Assembly: GCA_964016885.1 (NCBI GenBank)
Contig: OZ024752.1
Location: 14,570,001-14,634,000, forward strand
DNA length: 64,000 nucleotides
Direction: 5' to 3'
Source of the DNA: Eledone cirrhosa
Taxonomy: Eukaryota
Shown piece by piece: positions 42,922 through 57,081 of this stretch (the stretch's first letter is position 1; each line of letters opens with the position of its first letter). Under the pieces are notes generated by a model. It saw only the letters and a list, made by a program, of their open reading frames with translations, was not told the origin of the DNA and did not search any database. Both the position numbers and the translations under genes were made by a program.

Positions 42922-44527
42922 GAAATAGAGATAGATACATATATATATATAGAAAATTAGGTAGTTGGAGGTCATTTTGAGTAAATGTATCAATGATACG
43001 TTTATTTATTTATTTATTTAGCTCAAGTATTAATGTAAGGGAGATATATATAGAGAGAAAAAAATATATAGAGAGAGGAGAGGAAAAAAATATAGAGAGA
43101 GGAAAATATAGCGAGAGAAAAAAATTTAAAAATAGCCAGACATATTCGAGGCGTAAAAACCCTATGTTTTAACGTATTAATATTTATAAAACTTACACTA
43201 TATTGTAAATATCAGTATTCCTGAATGAGACAAGTATCTATAATGTGTGACAATTAATTATCTTATGTTTAGTTTTTAAAAAAATCATATGTTTATGTGA
43301 CAGCTACAAACATCCATGCGAATCTAACTGATTCACTCTGCAAACTCTAACTTCACGGAAAACGTTCTCAATGTGGTATAAACATTTGAGCATACAAATA
43401 TGTGTATTATTATTCATGTCATTACTCTACCAGATTATCTATCAAGCAGAAGTAGAGAGCAGATTTCAATATACTAATAAAAATATATATCATAAACAAA
43501 ACTAAAAATAAAAATAAAAAGATAACAATAATAATAATAAGTAAAAATATAGAATAGAACACTAAAAAAATAAAAAAATAAAAATATTACGAAAGAATAT
43601 TACATAATAAAAATATTATATATTAAGCATACTACGTATTAAAAAATATTACGTATTAAAAATGTACATATTAAAGATATTAAAAATACAATAAAAATAA
43701 AAAATAAAAATATTATAGAATACTACAATAATAAAAATAAAAATAAAAATAAAAATAAAAATAAAAATAAAAATACACCACAAAGATCAACCCTTCAAAG
43801 TTAATTGACAATATATTGCCAAGTTCTTTACAAGACAAAGCCAAAAATTATCCATGAAATCACATCTAGCAAAGATCATTTCAAAAAGATTATGATGTCC
43901 AATTAGGTCTATATATGTTCTTATATTTAATATAGAAGTTTATCTAGTTTAAGGTTTATTCAAAAATTTGGAGCATCAGCTTTTAGGGTAGCTTAATTTT
44001 TCATGAGGAATGTTTAGATAAAAATAAAATAAAAATAAACAATAAAAAGAGAGTAAAAAGAAGGAATCAAAGATTTAGGATCAAAAATGTATCGGCTAAT
44101 TTCCCATATAAATATAAATCAAACTAAATATACTACATTTTAAATTTAAATTTATATTTAAACGTTGAGTTTAATCTATGTTTGCAACAACTGAATAAAT
44201 TTGTCCGTAGATTATTCTTTTTCTTTCTCTCTGTGTAAAATTTTTTCACAGCCAGAGTAAACCTCTTCAAATGAAGTCGGTGTTATAACGGTATGTCGAA
44301 CCTATTTGTCTATAAAACTGTTTATATTGTATTTTGTCTGATGAAGGCATAGCATATTGTTAATATGATATCCCCGAAATATATATAATGAAATAAATAT
44401 GGTTTTATAAATATAGTTTTCCATTTATTTAATATTGTAAATATACTCCAAATATTTGTCGAGTGATTTTATACCAGTTATAAATATTTACTATTTGTAA
44501 CCCAACAATTTTAAATATAAATTTCCA
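42525..44527. mobile_element. Family B element with about 215-bp inverted repeats; HHRs at 42569-42634 (-) and 44330-44395 (+)
   Basis: 42527-42745 is the reverse complement of about 44217-44439; TATTTTGT-CTGATGA...GAAA-TATATA-TA-ATGAAATA. Confidence 0.85.
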
Positions 44528-44613
44528 TATATATATATATATATATTTATTATATATGTGTGTGTATATATATATATATATCTTTGTATATGTGTATGTA
44601 TATGTGTGTGTAT

Positions 44614-44680
<67 letters not shown>

Positions 44681-44733
44681 GGTATGTATGTGTATGTGTG
44701 TATATACATGAGTGTGTTTATATATGTGTATAG

Positions 44734-44785
<52 letters not shown>

Positions 44786-44980
44786 TGTGAATGTATATAT
44801 ATATGTATGTGTGTATATATATATATATATGTGTGTATATATGTATATGTCTATGTATTTATATGTGTATATGTATGTGTCTCTATATGTATGCGTGTGT
44901 GTATGTGTATGTGTATTTATATGGTGTGTGTTTGTATATGTATGTGTATGTATGTGTTTATGTATATGTGTATGTATATG

Positions 44981-45025
<45 letters not shown>

Positions 45026-45059
45026 GTATGTATATCTATGTATATTTTATATTTTACTT

Positions 45060-45104
<45 letters not shown>

Positions 45105-45760
45105 CTTAATATTTTTCTTTTTTCTTTTTCTTTTTCTTTTTCTTTTTCTTTTTCTTTTTCTTCTTCTTTTTCTTTTTCTTTTTCTTTTTCTTTTTCTTTT
45201 TATTTCTAAATTTATAGATACATTTATAAATAGGCAGTTTTCTGACACCAGTAAATACTGACCTCTTCCCCCCCACCTACTTTCTGTATCTGGATCTAAA
45301 TATGTGTGGCAGTGTTTATGTGCGCGCATTAATGTCCATATGCTTATGATAATAGTATATACACATATATGTGTGTGGGGGTGTGTGTGTGTATGTATGT
45401 TCGTGGTTGTGTGTATGTTTATGCGTATACGCGCGTGTGTGTGTGAATGTATGTATATGTGTGAGTATATGAATGTGTATATATTTATTTTTATATTTAT
45501 ATGTTTATATGCGTATACGTATTTTATCTGTAGATTATAAACATACAGAGACATTAGCCCTGAATTTTTGTATTTACATACTTCTTTTCGGCATGCGTAT
45601 GCATGTGAACATATATTTTTATGCATATCTGTGAACGAAGTTACTTACATATATACATACACCTAACTGTATAAACTTTTTGTGTTTTCATTGGTCAATT
45701 TGAACTCTGTTCCCAAACAGACCTGTAATTTTGAATTGTTGTTATTATCAATAAATATAT

Positions 45761-45914
45761 TTCATTATTTCTGAAGACGGCATATATATGTGTTGGTATG
45801 TATATTTAATTTTGATAGTTTGTATAATTTTGTATAATTTAGTACATAGATCTGTTGAATATGCATGCCAATTCTAACACATATATATCCTAGAAACGAT
45901 CGTTAAATAATGAA
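45761..45914 (+). ncRNA. Type I hammerhead, family A (5' pLTR)
   Basis: Same architecture as 5655-5809. Confidence 0.88.
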
Positions 45915-46264
45915 CTTTTTTTGTTTAATATAATGAACTGTTTCATTGTTTTATTCATTATTTTTTAAATATTTTATCTTGACTCTGTATTCCGTTTATC
46001 TTTCACCGAAAGTGATTTTTCATTGCATATCTTCTTACCATGATATCCGGATTACATTGAGTTCTTCATACGGATTGGACACTACCGTAAACTCTTGGTA
46101 GATTTATCTACATAATTTTGCTCCTATTTTCACGGAAATATTCCTATTTTTGTACTGTATGTGTGTGTTAATTTTATATTTATGTATATACATATATATG
46201 TATGATTTTGTAAACCCATATACATTTAGTTGAGCTCTTTCAATTGTCCATCATCCATATCACA

Positions 46265-48702
46265 ATGGAAAAACAATACTTGGGAACCTCTTTAAAGAAC
46301 ATACCAATACCTTCTAAGGATGACTTCTTACTCCTTATGATTAAAAAAACTAACCAATTTATCAGAAGAGTTAGATGGAGGGCCTACCACTTCGATAAAA
46401 AATCTAAATATGCAGATAGGAAATATATGTATGATTTCAATACTTACAAGAATCCACCACACAACTCTTTGCTTGAAGACTTTGAGAAAGACCTTTTTAA
46501 TTTAATTAAACACCTCAAATTTAAGAAGTATAATATATGTCTTTCAAAAGGACCTTGCTTCTACCCTATTGGACCTAAAAAAGTCTAAAAAAATCCATGT
46601 CCACTCGGACAAAACTGGTAACTTGTATCACATGGATATTGAAGATTATAATGAGTTCATATATAAAGAACTCAGGAAAAATTATAAAACATCTAATAAT
46701 GCGTCACTCACCAACATCAACAACAAAACACACAACATAGTAAAAAAACTAAACATTGAAGATAGAACTGAACCTTTGGCATTGAAAAGACCACACTTCA
46801 ACCTGAAGGATCATAAATCAAACTTTAACTCAAATCCTTCTATAAGTCTTATATGTCCCTCCAAATCTGATATTGGAATAATTAGCAAAAAAATGTTGAA
46901 TAGAGTCATCCCACAAATAAGAAAACACGTTAATTTACCACTCTGGGAAAACTCTTCCCAGGTAATTAACTGGTTTAAAAATATTAGATGTAAATCTTCT
47001 GCTTCACTTCTACAATTTGATATAGATAATTACTATTCTTCTATATCACCTATACTCCTGAACAAAGCATTGATATTTGCTAAAAATAGATCTAACTTAA
47101 CTTTGGATGACATTAATATTATTACACATGCTAGACTAACACTTATTGAATTTCAGAATGAATACTGGACCAGAAACACATATAGTAATCTATTTGATAT
47201 TACTATGGGTTCAAGCGATTCCGCCCAAATTACTGATCTTGTGGGCCTCTTTCTCCTTTTCAACATAAATGCCTCCTTTCCCCACCTTAAAGGTGGTTTA
47301 TATCGTGATGACGGTCTTCTTCTTTCCAACAACCTTAGCCTTTCAGAAATAGAAAAAAACAAAAAGCATATTAGAACTTTCCTTAAAGACTATTATAGTC
47401 TTCATATTACTTTTGAAAAAACAAGTAAAGTAGTAAATTTCCTAGATATAACTTTAGACTTAGCTACGGGTATCTACCAACCTTACCATAAACCCAACCA
47501 AAACTTACACTACATACACTCACAATCTAATCACCCTAAATCTATCCTTAAAAACCTTGCATATAATATATCACTTAGAATTTCTAACCTTTCTTCTAAC
47601 CAAGATGTATTTGATAAAAATGCGACCTTCTATAACGAAGCTCTAGATAGAAGTGGCCACAAAAATAGATTAGAATATATACCTTCTACTAAAAATACTA
47701 TAAACATACAACCTAATATTACCAACAAACACCAAATGAAAAGTACACACCTAAATGCCACCCACACTATACCCCAAAATACCAACAACTCTTCTAATAT
47801 AAAGTATAGTAACTCTCAAAAAACTACTCATCATACAACTCTAATAAAGGTTAATAATAAAACTCATAATAAACAAGATAAAACACCTAAATCTATAAAT
47901 CTAACTAAAAATGTCCGTGGTGAGATCATTAACATTAATCCTCCTAGTAAACACCACGATACAACCTATGAAAATAATAAACAACATAGAAACCGTAATA
48001 GACGAGTTACTTGGTATAATGCTCCATTTAATTTACAAATTAAGGATAATATTGCTAAAAAATTTTTTTATATCCTAGAGAAAAACTTCCCGCCAAACCA
48101 CAAATACCATCAAATCTTAAATAGGTCTACAGTTAAATTCTCATACTCAACAACCAATAACATAAAACAAAATATAAGTGCCTATAATGCATATAAATGT
48201 AAGAATACCATAAGTATACCACCAATACATCAAACTAACCATAATATCTCCTCAAATACAGAATTAACGAAAGGTTGTAACTGTAGAAACAAAGCAAACT
48301 GCCCATTAAAAGGAAATTGTCTTGTTAACAACATAGTTTATAAATGTAATGTTAAAACTAAAGATTCTATTTGCTCATATATAGGAGCTACTTCTAACAA
48401 TTTTAAGGTAAGGTTTAATACCCACAAACATAGTTTTAAAAATGCCGCACTGGCTAATACAACATCTCTAGCAGAAAAAAATCAATAGTTATAAAAATAA
48501 GAATATAGAATATGATATGACCTGGAGTGTGCTCAAAAGAGCCACCCCTTATCAAAATAATAGAAATGAATGTAGATTATGTTCCCAAGAACTATTTGAA
48601 ATAATGAAATCTAAGGATATCCTATTAAATAAACGACAGGAATTAATTATATCGTGTAATCATAAACTAAGAAAAACATTTAAATATTATAAACCTAATT
48701 AA
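46265..48702 (+). pseudogene. Full-length PLE RT-GIY-YIG ORF broken by two frameshifts (about 46560-46590 and about 48480)
   Basis: ATG at 46265 (MEKQYLGTSLKNIPIPS..FIRRVRWRA); GGLYRDDGL; extra A in GAAAAAAATC relative to A1. Confidence 0.9.
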
Positions 48703-49162
48703 TAACATTATTTTAGAAATTAATATATAATTTAATTTAAATGTTAGTTAACCTATAAATTTAATTCAATTAAAATTCTACTACAGATGAGATTATGAAA
48801 TATTGTGTAATCATAAATTGTGAAAAACTTTTAAATATTACTAATATATACTTCGTAAATTAATTTATAGATTAATTTTAATTTATTTAACCTTTTATTA
48901 AAATTCCTTTACAGATAAAATATAACAAAATATCGTGTATTCAATGACAAATATTTTTTAATATTGTAGAGCTAATTAATGTACATTTTAGAAATATATT
49001 TATAATTTGGTTTTAATTTGGTTAACCTAAATATTTAATTTAATTGGCTTAAAATTAAAATCTAATACAGATGGATTGCAGAGTGTCATGTAATAATAGA
49101 CTGAGATAGGTTTTGGATGTATACCTAATTAATATATTCTTTGCAATTTTTGAAAAAATATG

Positions 49163-49247
<85 letters not shown>

Positions 49248-49952
49248 ATATATATATATATATGTATATATATGTATATGTATATATATATGTGTATATA
49301 TTAATTTTAATTTCTGTTTACCTATAATTATATTCTACTATAGATAAAATACAATATCTGTTTAAATTATTATAAACCTAATTAACATATACTATAGAAA
49401 TTAATATATAATTTTTAATTTAGTTAACCTATAATTTATATTCTACTACCGATGTAATACTTTATTTGGTTTTTTCCCTATTACTAAATTCATTTCCTAA
49501 TATTGATACCATAACGTTAATAATTTTAATTTAGTTATACTATAATTAATACTCTACTACTATTTAACTTCAAAATTCCGCTTCAAATATTATAAACCTA
49601 AGTAGTATACACCTTAGAAATCAATATATTGACTATCTTTAATTTAGTTAACCTATAATTAATAGTCTACCTATATTAAAATGCATAATTTTGCCTTCTT
49701 TCTTACATTTCCTAATACTGAAACTACTATGTAAACACATATTATGATCTAAATGCAGATTAATATTCTATGTTTCTTGAAACCTATATTTACTATAATC
49801 CCCTCTCCCCCCTATTATTATTTGTATTTGTAAGCGTGGATGTATGTATGTATATGTAGGTAGGTATGTATGTTTGGGTGTTTGTATGTGAGTATAAAAA
49901 TACATATGTGCGCATGTAAATAAGGGTGTATGATTGTGTGTATATATATATG

Positions 49953-49983
<31 letters not shown>

Positions 49984-50097
49984 GTATCTATGTATTTATG
50001 TGGTTATATGTGTGTATGTATATGTATGCGCATATATACGTCTATGTGTATATGTGTGTATGTGTATATATGTACGTATGTGCGCATGTATATGTGA

Positions 50098-50157
<60 letters not shown>

Positions 50158-50325
50158 AGTTGATGTGTGTATGTGTATATATATATGTATGTATATGTAT
50201 GTATATATATATATATGTATGTATATATATATGTATATGTATGTGTGTGCATATTTGTCTGACTGTGTGTATTGATTAATTTATTTATTTATTTCTTTTA
50301 TTTCTTTTATTTCTTTATTTTTATA

Positions 50326-50386
<61 letters not shown>

Positions 50387-50692
50387 ATGTATATATATGT
50401 ATGTGTGTATGTATGTGTATGTATATGTGTGTGTGTATGTGTGTATATATTTATATGTGTATATGTATCTCTATTTATATATGTATATATGTGTATGTAT
50501 ATCCCTTTATTTATGTATGTCTGAGTTGTGTGAGCGTGTGGTTGTGTTTGTATGTGTATACGCATACATGGATGTGTATGTATGTGTATATATGCGTATA
50601 TGTATGTGTGTATGTGTGTGTGTATATATGTATGTCTATGTATGAGTATGTATATGTATGTATGTATATATATATATGTGTATATATGTATA

Positions 50693-50723
<31 letters not shown>

Positions 50724-50790
50724 TTATTATATATGTGTGTGTATATATATATATATATCTTTGTATATGTGTATGTATATGTGTGTGTAT

Positions 50791-50822
<32 letters not shown>

Positions 50823-51056
50823 GTGTGGGTATGTATGTGTATGTGTGTATATACATGAGTGTGTTTATATATGTGTATAGATATGTGTGTATATATATAT
50901 ATATGTGTGTGTATATATGTATATGTCTATGTATTTATATGTGTATATGTATGTGTCTCTATATGTATGCGTGTGTGTATGTGTATGTGTATTTATATGG
51001 TGTGTGTATGTATATGTATGTGTATGTATGTGTTTATGTATATGTGTATGTATATG

Positions 51057-51107
<51 letters not shown>

Positions 51108-51147
51108 GTAAATGTATGTATATGTATGTATATTTTATATTTTACTT

Positions 51148-51184
<37 letters not shown>

Positions 51185-51781
51185 AATATTTTTCTTTTTT
51201 CTTTTTCCTTTTCTTTTCCTTTTTATTTCTAAATTTATAGATACATTTATAAATAGGCAGTTTGCTGACACCAGTAAATACTGACCTCCCCCCCCACCTA
51301 CTTTCTGTATCTGGATCTAAATATGTGTGGCAGTGTTTATGTGCGCGCATTAATGTCCATATGCTTATGATAATAGTATATACACATATATGTGTGTGGG
51401 GGTGTGTGTGTGTATGTATGTTCGTGGTTGTGTGTATGTTTATGCGTATACGTGCGTGTGTGTGTGAATGTATGTATATGTGTGAGTATATGAATGTGTA
51501 TATATTTATTTTTATATTTATATGTTTATATGCGTATACCTATTTTATCTGTAGATTATAAACATACAGAGACATTAGCCCTGAATTTTTGTATTTACAT
51601 ACATCTTTTCGGCATGCGTATGCATGTGAACATATATTTTTATGCATATCTGTGGACGAAGTTACTTACATATATACATACACCTAACTGTATAAACTTT
51701 TTGTGTTTTCATTGGTCAATTTGAACTCTGTTCCCAAACAGACCTGTAATTTTGAATTGTTGTTATTATCAATAAATATAT

Positions 51782-51934
51782 TTCATTATTTCTGAAGACG
51801 GCATATATATGTGTGGTACGTATATTTAATTTTGATAGTTTGTATAATTTTGTATAATTTAGTACATAGATCTGTTGAATATGCATGCCAATTCTAACAC
51901 ATATATATCCTAGAAACGATCGTTAAATAATGAA
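51782..51934 (+). ncRNA. Type I hammerhead, family A (3' pLTR)
   Basis: Same architecture as 5655-5809. Confidence 0.88.
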
Positions 51935-52046
51935 CTATTTTGTTTAATATAATGAACTGTTTCATTGTTTTATTCATTATTTTTTTAATATTATATACAT
52001 ATATATATATATATACATATATATATACATATATATATATATATAC

Positions 52047-52109
<63 letters not shown>

Positions 52110-52142
52110 AACATATATATATATATATATATATTATATATA

Positions 52143-52193
<51 letters not shown>

Positions 52194-52196
52194 AAC

Positions 52197-52277
<81 letters not shown>

Positions 52278-52343
52278 GATATATATATATATATATATAC
52301 ACACACATACACACATATATATATATACACACATACACACACA

Positions 52344-52390
<47 letters not shown>

Positions 52391-53627
52391 ATATACACAT
52401 ATATATATATATGTTAAACATTTTGTGTAAAGGTTATGAGGGACTATCTTTTATTTGTATTGCCATGTGGCTAATATTTATTACGTTCTGCAGGTGTTGC
52501 GTATGTTACTCCAGCAGATGCTAGTGTCAGCTTGGTACGGCTTTCCTTTATTGTTGTGTTGTCGTGTCTGTGATGTCGTGTTATTATTGTTGGTTTTCTT
52601 GGTTGTTGTTGTTGTAAAGTTGGCGGTGAGGATGTTGATGACGTTCGTGCTGATATTGAATTCTATAATCTTAAGCAGACGTTAATATATCTGTAAAAAT
52701 TAATGGATAAATCTAAGTAAATGATTGTTCCCTCTAATAAAACAATTACAGTTACGAACAGCATATAATGTAAAAGCTCACTTTAATGTTACCCCAGTAA
52801 CATTTTCATGGCAATTCCTAAAGATTTCCTCCAAACTAAGTTGGATGAGAACTTCCTTACCTACCAATAAGCTCATCACATCTCATGTTTCAATGTCTGC
52901 TATTCAGTATCTTATTTGATTACATTTCCAATGAACACTCATCAATATTGACCATAATCACAGACATCTGTTTATTGAGATGTAATCTAAAAACGAAAAT
53001 ACTCTCTCATGTTTCATCTCTGAATACTATGTTGTTTACATAGTAGTATAAATATTGATAAACTTGTATGAAACATCGTGACATTTCAAACACTGGAATG
53101 GGATATCCTATTAAATTGTTTATACTGAACGCAATTGAATTCCCATTTTCTTCATATAATACGTGCCACATATTGAAATAACTTTGCTCAATAAATCGAA
53201 AAATATATCACTTGAGATCTTCTCAGATCCAAGAACTGCATCATCAGTCTATCTCATTGGTTTCCATCGTGGAGCGCATTCCCCACAGGGAGCAATTTGA
53301 ATATTCAACGCCGGAATTTGAAAATGATATTAGTGAGATCGAACTTCAGGTTTTACCTAAATAATTTTACATCAAGGCATCTTTGGAACAAATTATGGTC
53401 TGAAACTTTAGTCTCACCTCTTCACACAAGATATTGTGCATCTGGCATCACCCATACGCCAATTTGTTTACACTTCTTAGTTCTTCATCGCTGTTTTTAT
53501 AGGAAAGCGGGGCATACAAATTTGAGAAGTTGAGGTGGGGTATGGGGCACAAAATGCTGGGAACCACTCGTATATCTCTATAGTTGCAACGAAGATATTT
53601 ATGAATTATTAATTTATTTAATGATAT

Positions 53628-53814
53628 GGCGGTGGATTGGCAGTATTGGTAGAGGGTCGGACGCCATGCTTTGACGCATAGAGTTACGGCCCTTGTCATT
53701 CTGAGTTCAAATCCAGCCGAGGTTAACTTTGCCTTTCATCCTTTCGTGGTCGATAACATAAAGTACCAGTAATACACTGGGATAATTGCTGGCCTTGTGC
53801 CTAACGTAGAAACA
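53628..53814 (+). mobile_element. tRNA-derived Nin/Deu-like SINE
   Basis: TGGCAGTATTGG A-box-like, GAGTTCAAATCC B-box, GCCTTTCATCCTTTCG.GGTCGATA..AAGTACCAGT. Confidence 0.85.
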
Positions 53815-54316
53815 TTTAATTTATTTAATGATACATGATGTTAAAATATACAAAGTAGTTTACATATTTTGTTTATCAATTCGAATTTGCAGAAGTTGTT
53901 AAAACAATTCATATAAAAATGAGAAAGCCCATCGTTAGAACAGCCGTTAAAACAGTTAAATGGTGTCAAAGACAGCATTGGACAATAGTGCCCCAGAGAA
54001 TAGAAACAAGTGGTCAGTGATCAACAGATACACAACCCACGAGGTGGGTGACAGGCAGATGGTATATAGAAAATATAGAAATAGGACAAGTAGAAGTGTA
54101 TTGCGCATCAAAGTGATTGGACGAAGGAAATATAAATAATATGATGTATAAGGTCATACATATATTTCTTCACGGTTATCAGTCACCGGAAACATGTGTC
54201 CTAACAAACCATCACCCTCCTCAGGCCACTGGTTCAGGGTGGGATATATGTGAATATACAGGTACCCAAAGAGTGTGTGTGTGTGTATCTATCTATATAT
54301 ATATTTTTTTTCTCCA

Positions 54317-54384
<68 letters not shown>

Positions 54385-55127
54385 CGGTGGGGAGATATAC
54401 TAAATGACAGAGCATGGGACATATCATGATATAATGAACTTTCCTGAATTTGGAAGATAACTGTGCATATACAGCTCTCCTTCATACATAAGAGTTTGGT
54501 CGCAGAACTGCTCAAATAACTTATTACTATTCTCGACAACTTTCTTGCACCTTTTTAACAACACCACCATTTCGCACATTTCCACAATAGATTCAGACAT
54601 CTAACATTTGTTCCTTCATGTTACCACTGTAAATCGAAACACTTACATAAACTGTCGATATTCCAGAAAATATTCAAGATTTTCATGTGTTCTTAGTTAC
54701 ATCTAAAACATCTCAGATTTATATTTGATCTCGCTCTGCCCCATGTCACTCTATACTGCAGGTATTGACTTCCATATACATCAATGAAACCATTATTAGT
54801 CAGCTCAATGATGAGCAATGAATTTTAGCCATGAACATAGCGAGTTTTCTTAAGACAATGTATTGTGGCAGGCAATATCCCCTGTCAATGAAAAGACTAT
54901 AGTGTAATTTAGGAAATAGGCCCTGTTAATGCTATTAGATTAAATCACAGGATAGAAGCTTTTCTTGGAGTATTGCTACAAAGTGTTTAACGTTTCTAGG
55001 ATTTGAGATACTTAATTGGTATTAAGAACCTACACCTGATATAAGATCACTGACCAGGATTAGATATACAAAGGGGTTATTGGAAGGTCAGTCTCAAGGT
55101 TCGTGAACCTTTGAAGTGGTCAAATAA

Positions 55128-55315
55128 TTGTTTCTACATTAGGTACAAGGCCAGCAATTATCCCAGTGTATTACTGGTACTTTATTTTATCGACCCCGTT
55201 AGGATGAAAGGCAAAGTTAACCTCGACCGGATTTGAACTCAGAATGGCAAGGGCCGTAACTCTATGCGTTAAAGCATGGCGTCCGACCCTCTACCGATAC
55301 TGCCAATTCACCGCC
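55128..55315 (-). mobile_element. tRNA-derived Nin/Deu-like SINE
   Basis: Near reverse complement of 53628-53814. Confidence 0.85.
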
Positions 55316-55341
55316 CTTGTGGTCAAATAATATTCGTTAAA

Positions 55342-55889
55342 TACGAGGTGTCAACACGCTCGTGGAAAAAGTACATAGCTAAAGATCACATGCAGGAATT
55401 TTGATTTCAATGTACCTGTATGTTCTCGTACTAACGTGTCATAAGATGTTCTAACATGAACCCTTAAATTCCTGTTACAACGCGGCATCAGTTAAACGTC
55501 AGCACCCACTCGAGCAATATGGCCTCCATCAAAACATCAAATTCATGGAGAAGCTAGGGTGGATGAGCAGCCAAATCATTGATGTTCTGGAGGAAGCTTA
55601 TAGGGACAATGCCCTTAAGAAATCAAAGACATACAAATGGATACATTGTTTCAGAAGTGGAAGAGATAAGGTTGAACATGATTCCCAGTAGAAGATATTT
55701 AAAAAATCTGCTTTGAGATGGTTTAAATTGCATAGCCCTTAGTTTTACACGTGTGGACGTAAAGGCTGGTATCAATACTTGCAGAAGTGTATTGACCTAG
55801 ATGGAGCATATTTTGAAAAATAAACATGAAAACTTAAACCGCTTTTTCCAACCATCGTTTTTCGCCGAATTTTTTTAAAACCCCTTGTA
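55342..55889 (+). mobile_element. Internally deleted, decayed mariner-type DNA transposon
   Basis: 55512-55685 translates IKFMEKLGW..QIIDVLEEAYRDNALKKSKTYKWIHCFRSGR (HTH); C-terminus LQKCIDLDGAYFEK* ends 55823; ends TACGAGG / CCTTGTA. Confidence 0.78.
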
Positions 55890-56600
55890 AATATTTCTCG
55901 AAAACCTTAATTCTTATAAGTTGAAACAGAAATTGTTATTGAATTCTCTCATTGTGAAAGACATGTGTAATAAAATGGTTATAAAGCGATGAGGCAGGGT
56001 GTACTAAAAGTTTAAATTTATTATCATAACTTAGACATTATTTTACATGACTTTATTTCCAATAACCATAAAATACATATATTTCACATAAAATAGATAT
56101 CATAGAGAAATATATACAAGACTTAGATTGATATGCATCAGATTGGTATTATTGGTCTCCATTGTATAGCTTCGAATAGTTGACCACCAAAGACAATTAT
56201 GTGCGTCATTTAGTGAGGTATATGTTATTAAGTGATCCTATCATATCATTGTTCACATTATATCTCGTCATTTATGTGTAATAGAATTTTAAAAAAAACA
56301 GGCAATTTATTGAGTAAATTTAATTGACTGTTCTCAATCAATAAAGTTTATGGTGTAACGCCTTTGTTAGAAATAATTATTGATGTTGGTAGTAAAGAAT
56401 TTAAATTATTTTAATGTTTAATCTCTGTTGGATAACTGTCGAGATTCATTCCATTTTATTTCTATTTACATTTAGTTTGATATGAACATTATCTCGCCTG
56501 AAATTACATGGAAAAATACATTTCTTTAAAAGATAATCTCCTCTTGTCACATTATAATTCTAATAAGTTATTTTACAATGTTCTATCTAGTTTTGTTTCA

Positions 56601-56602
<2 letters not shown>

Positions 56603-56650
<48 letters not shown>

Positions 56651-56809
56651 GGCAGTATCGGTATAGGGTCGGACGCCATGCTATGCAGCATAGATTCTGG
56701 ATTCAAATCCTGCCGAGGTTAACTTAACCTTTCATCCTTACGGGTTCGATAAAATAAAGTACCAGTAATGCACTGGTAAATTGCTGGCCATGTGCCAAAA
56801 GTAGAAACA

Positions 56810-56860
<51 letters not shown>

Positions 56861-57017
56861 GGCAGTATCGGTATAGGGTCGGACGCCATGCTATGAGCAT
56901 AGATTCTGGATTCAAATCCCGCCGAGGTTAACTTAACCTTTCATCCTTACGGGTTCGATAAAATAAAGTACCAGTAATGCACTGGAAATTGCTGGCCTTG
57001 TGCCAAAAGTAGAAACA

Positions 57018-57081
<64 letters not shown>

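Larger units (their letters stand above)
44530..51990 (+). mobile_element. Near full-length PLE family A copy A2 with about 1.3-1.4-kb direct pLTRs (about 44530-45975 and 50710-51990)
   Basis: pLTR-HHR, 5' UTR, ORF, 3' UTR, pLTR-HHR; HHR cleavage sites after 45904 and 51924. Confidence 0.93.

Noticed and set aside
52480-52700. Possible minus-strand host exon (TTTTACAG acceptor, GTAATA donor)
   Set aside because: Stops in all three frames near the acceptor; could only be a UTR exon and cannot be supported without transcripts.
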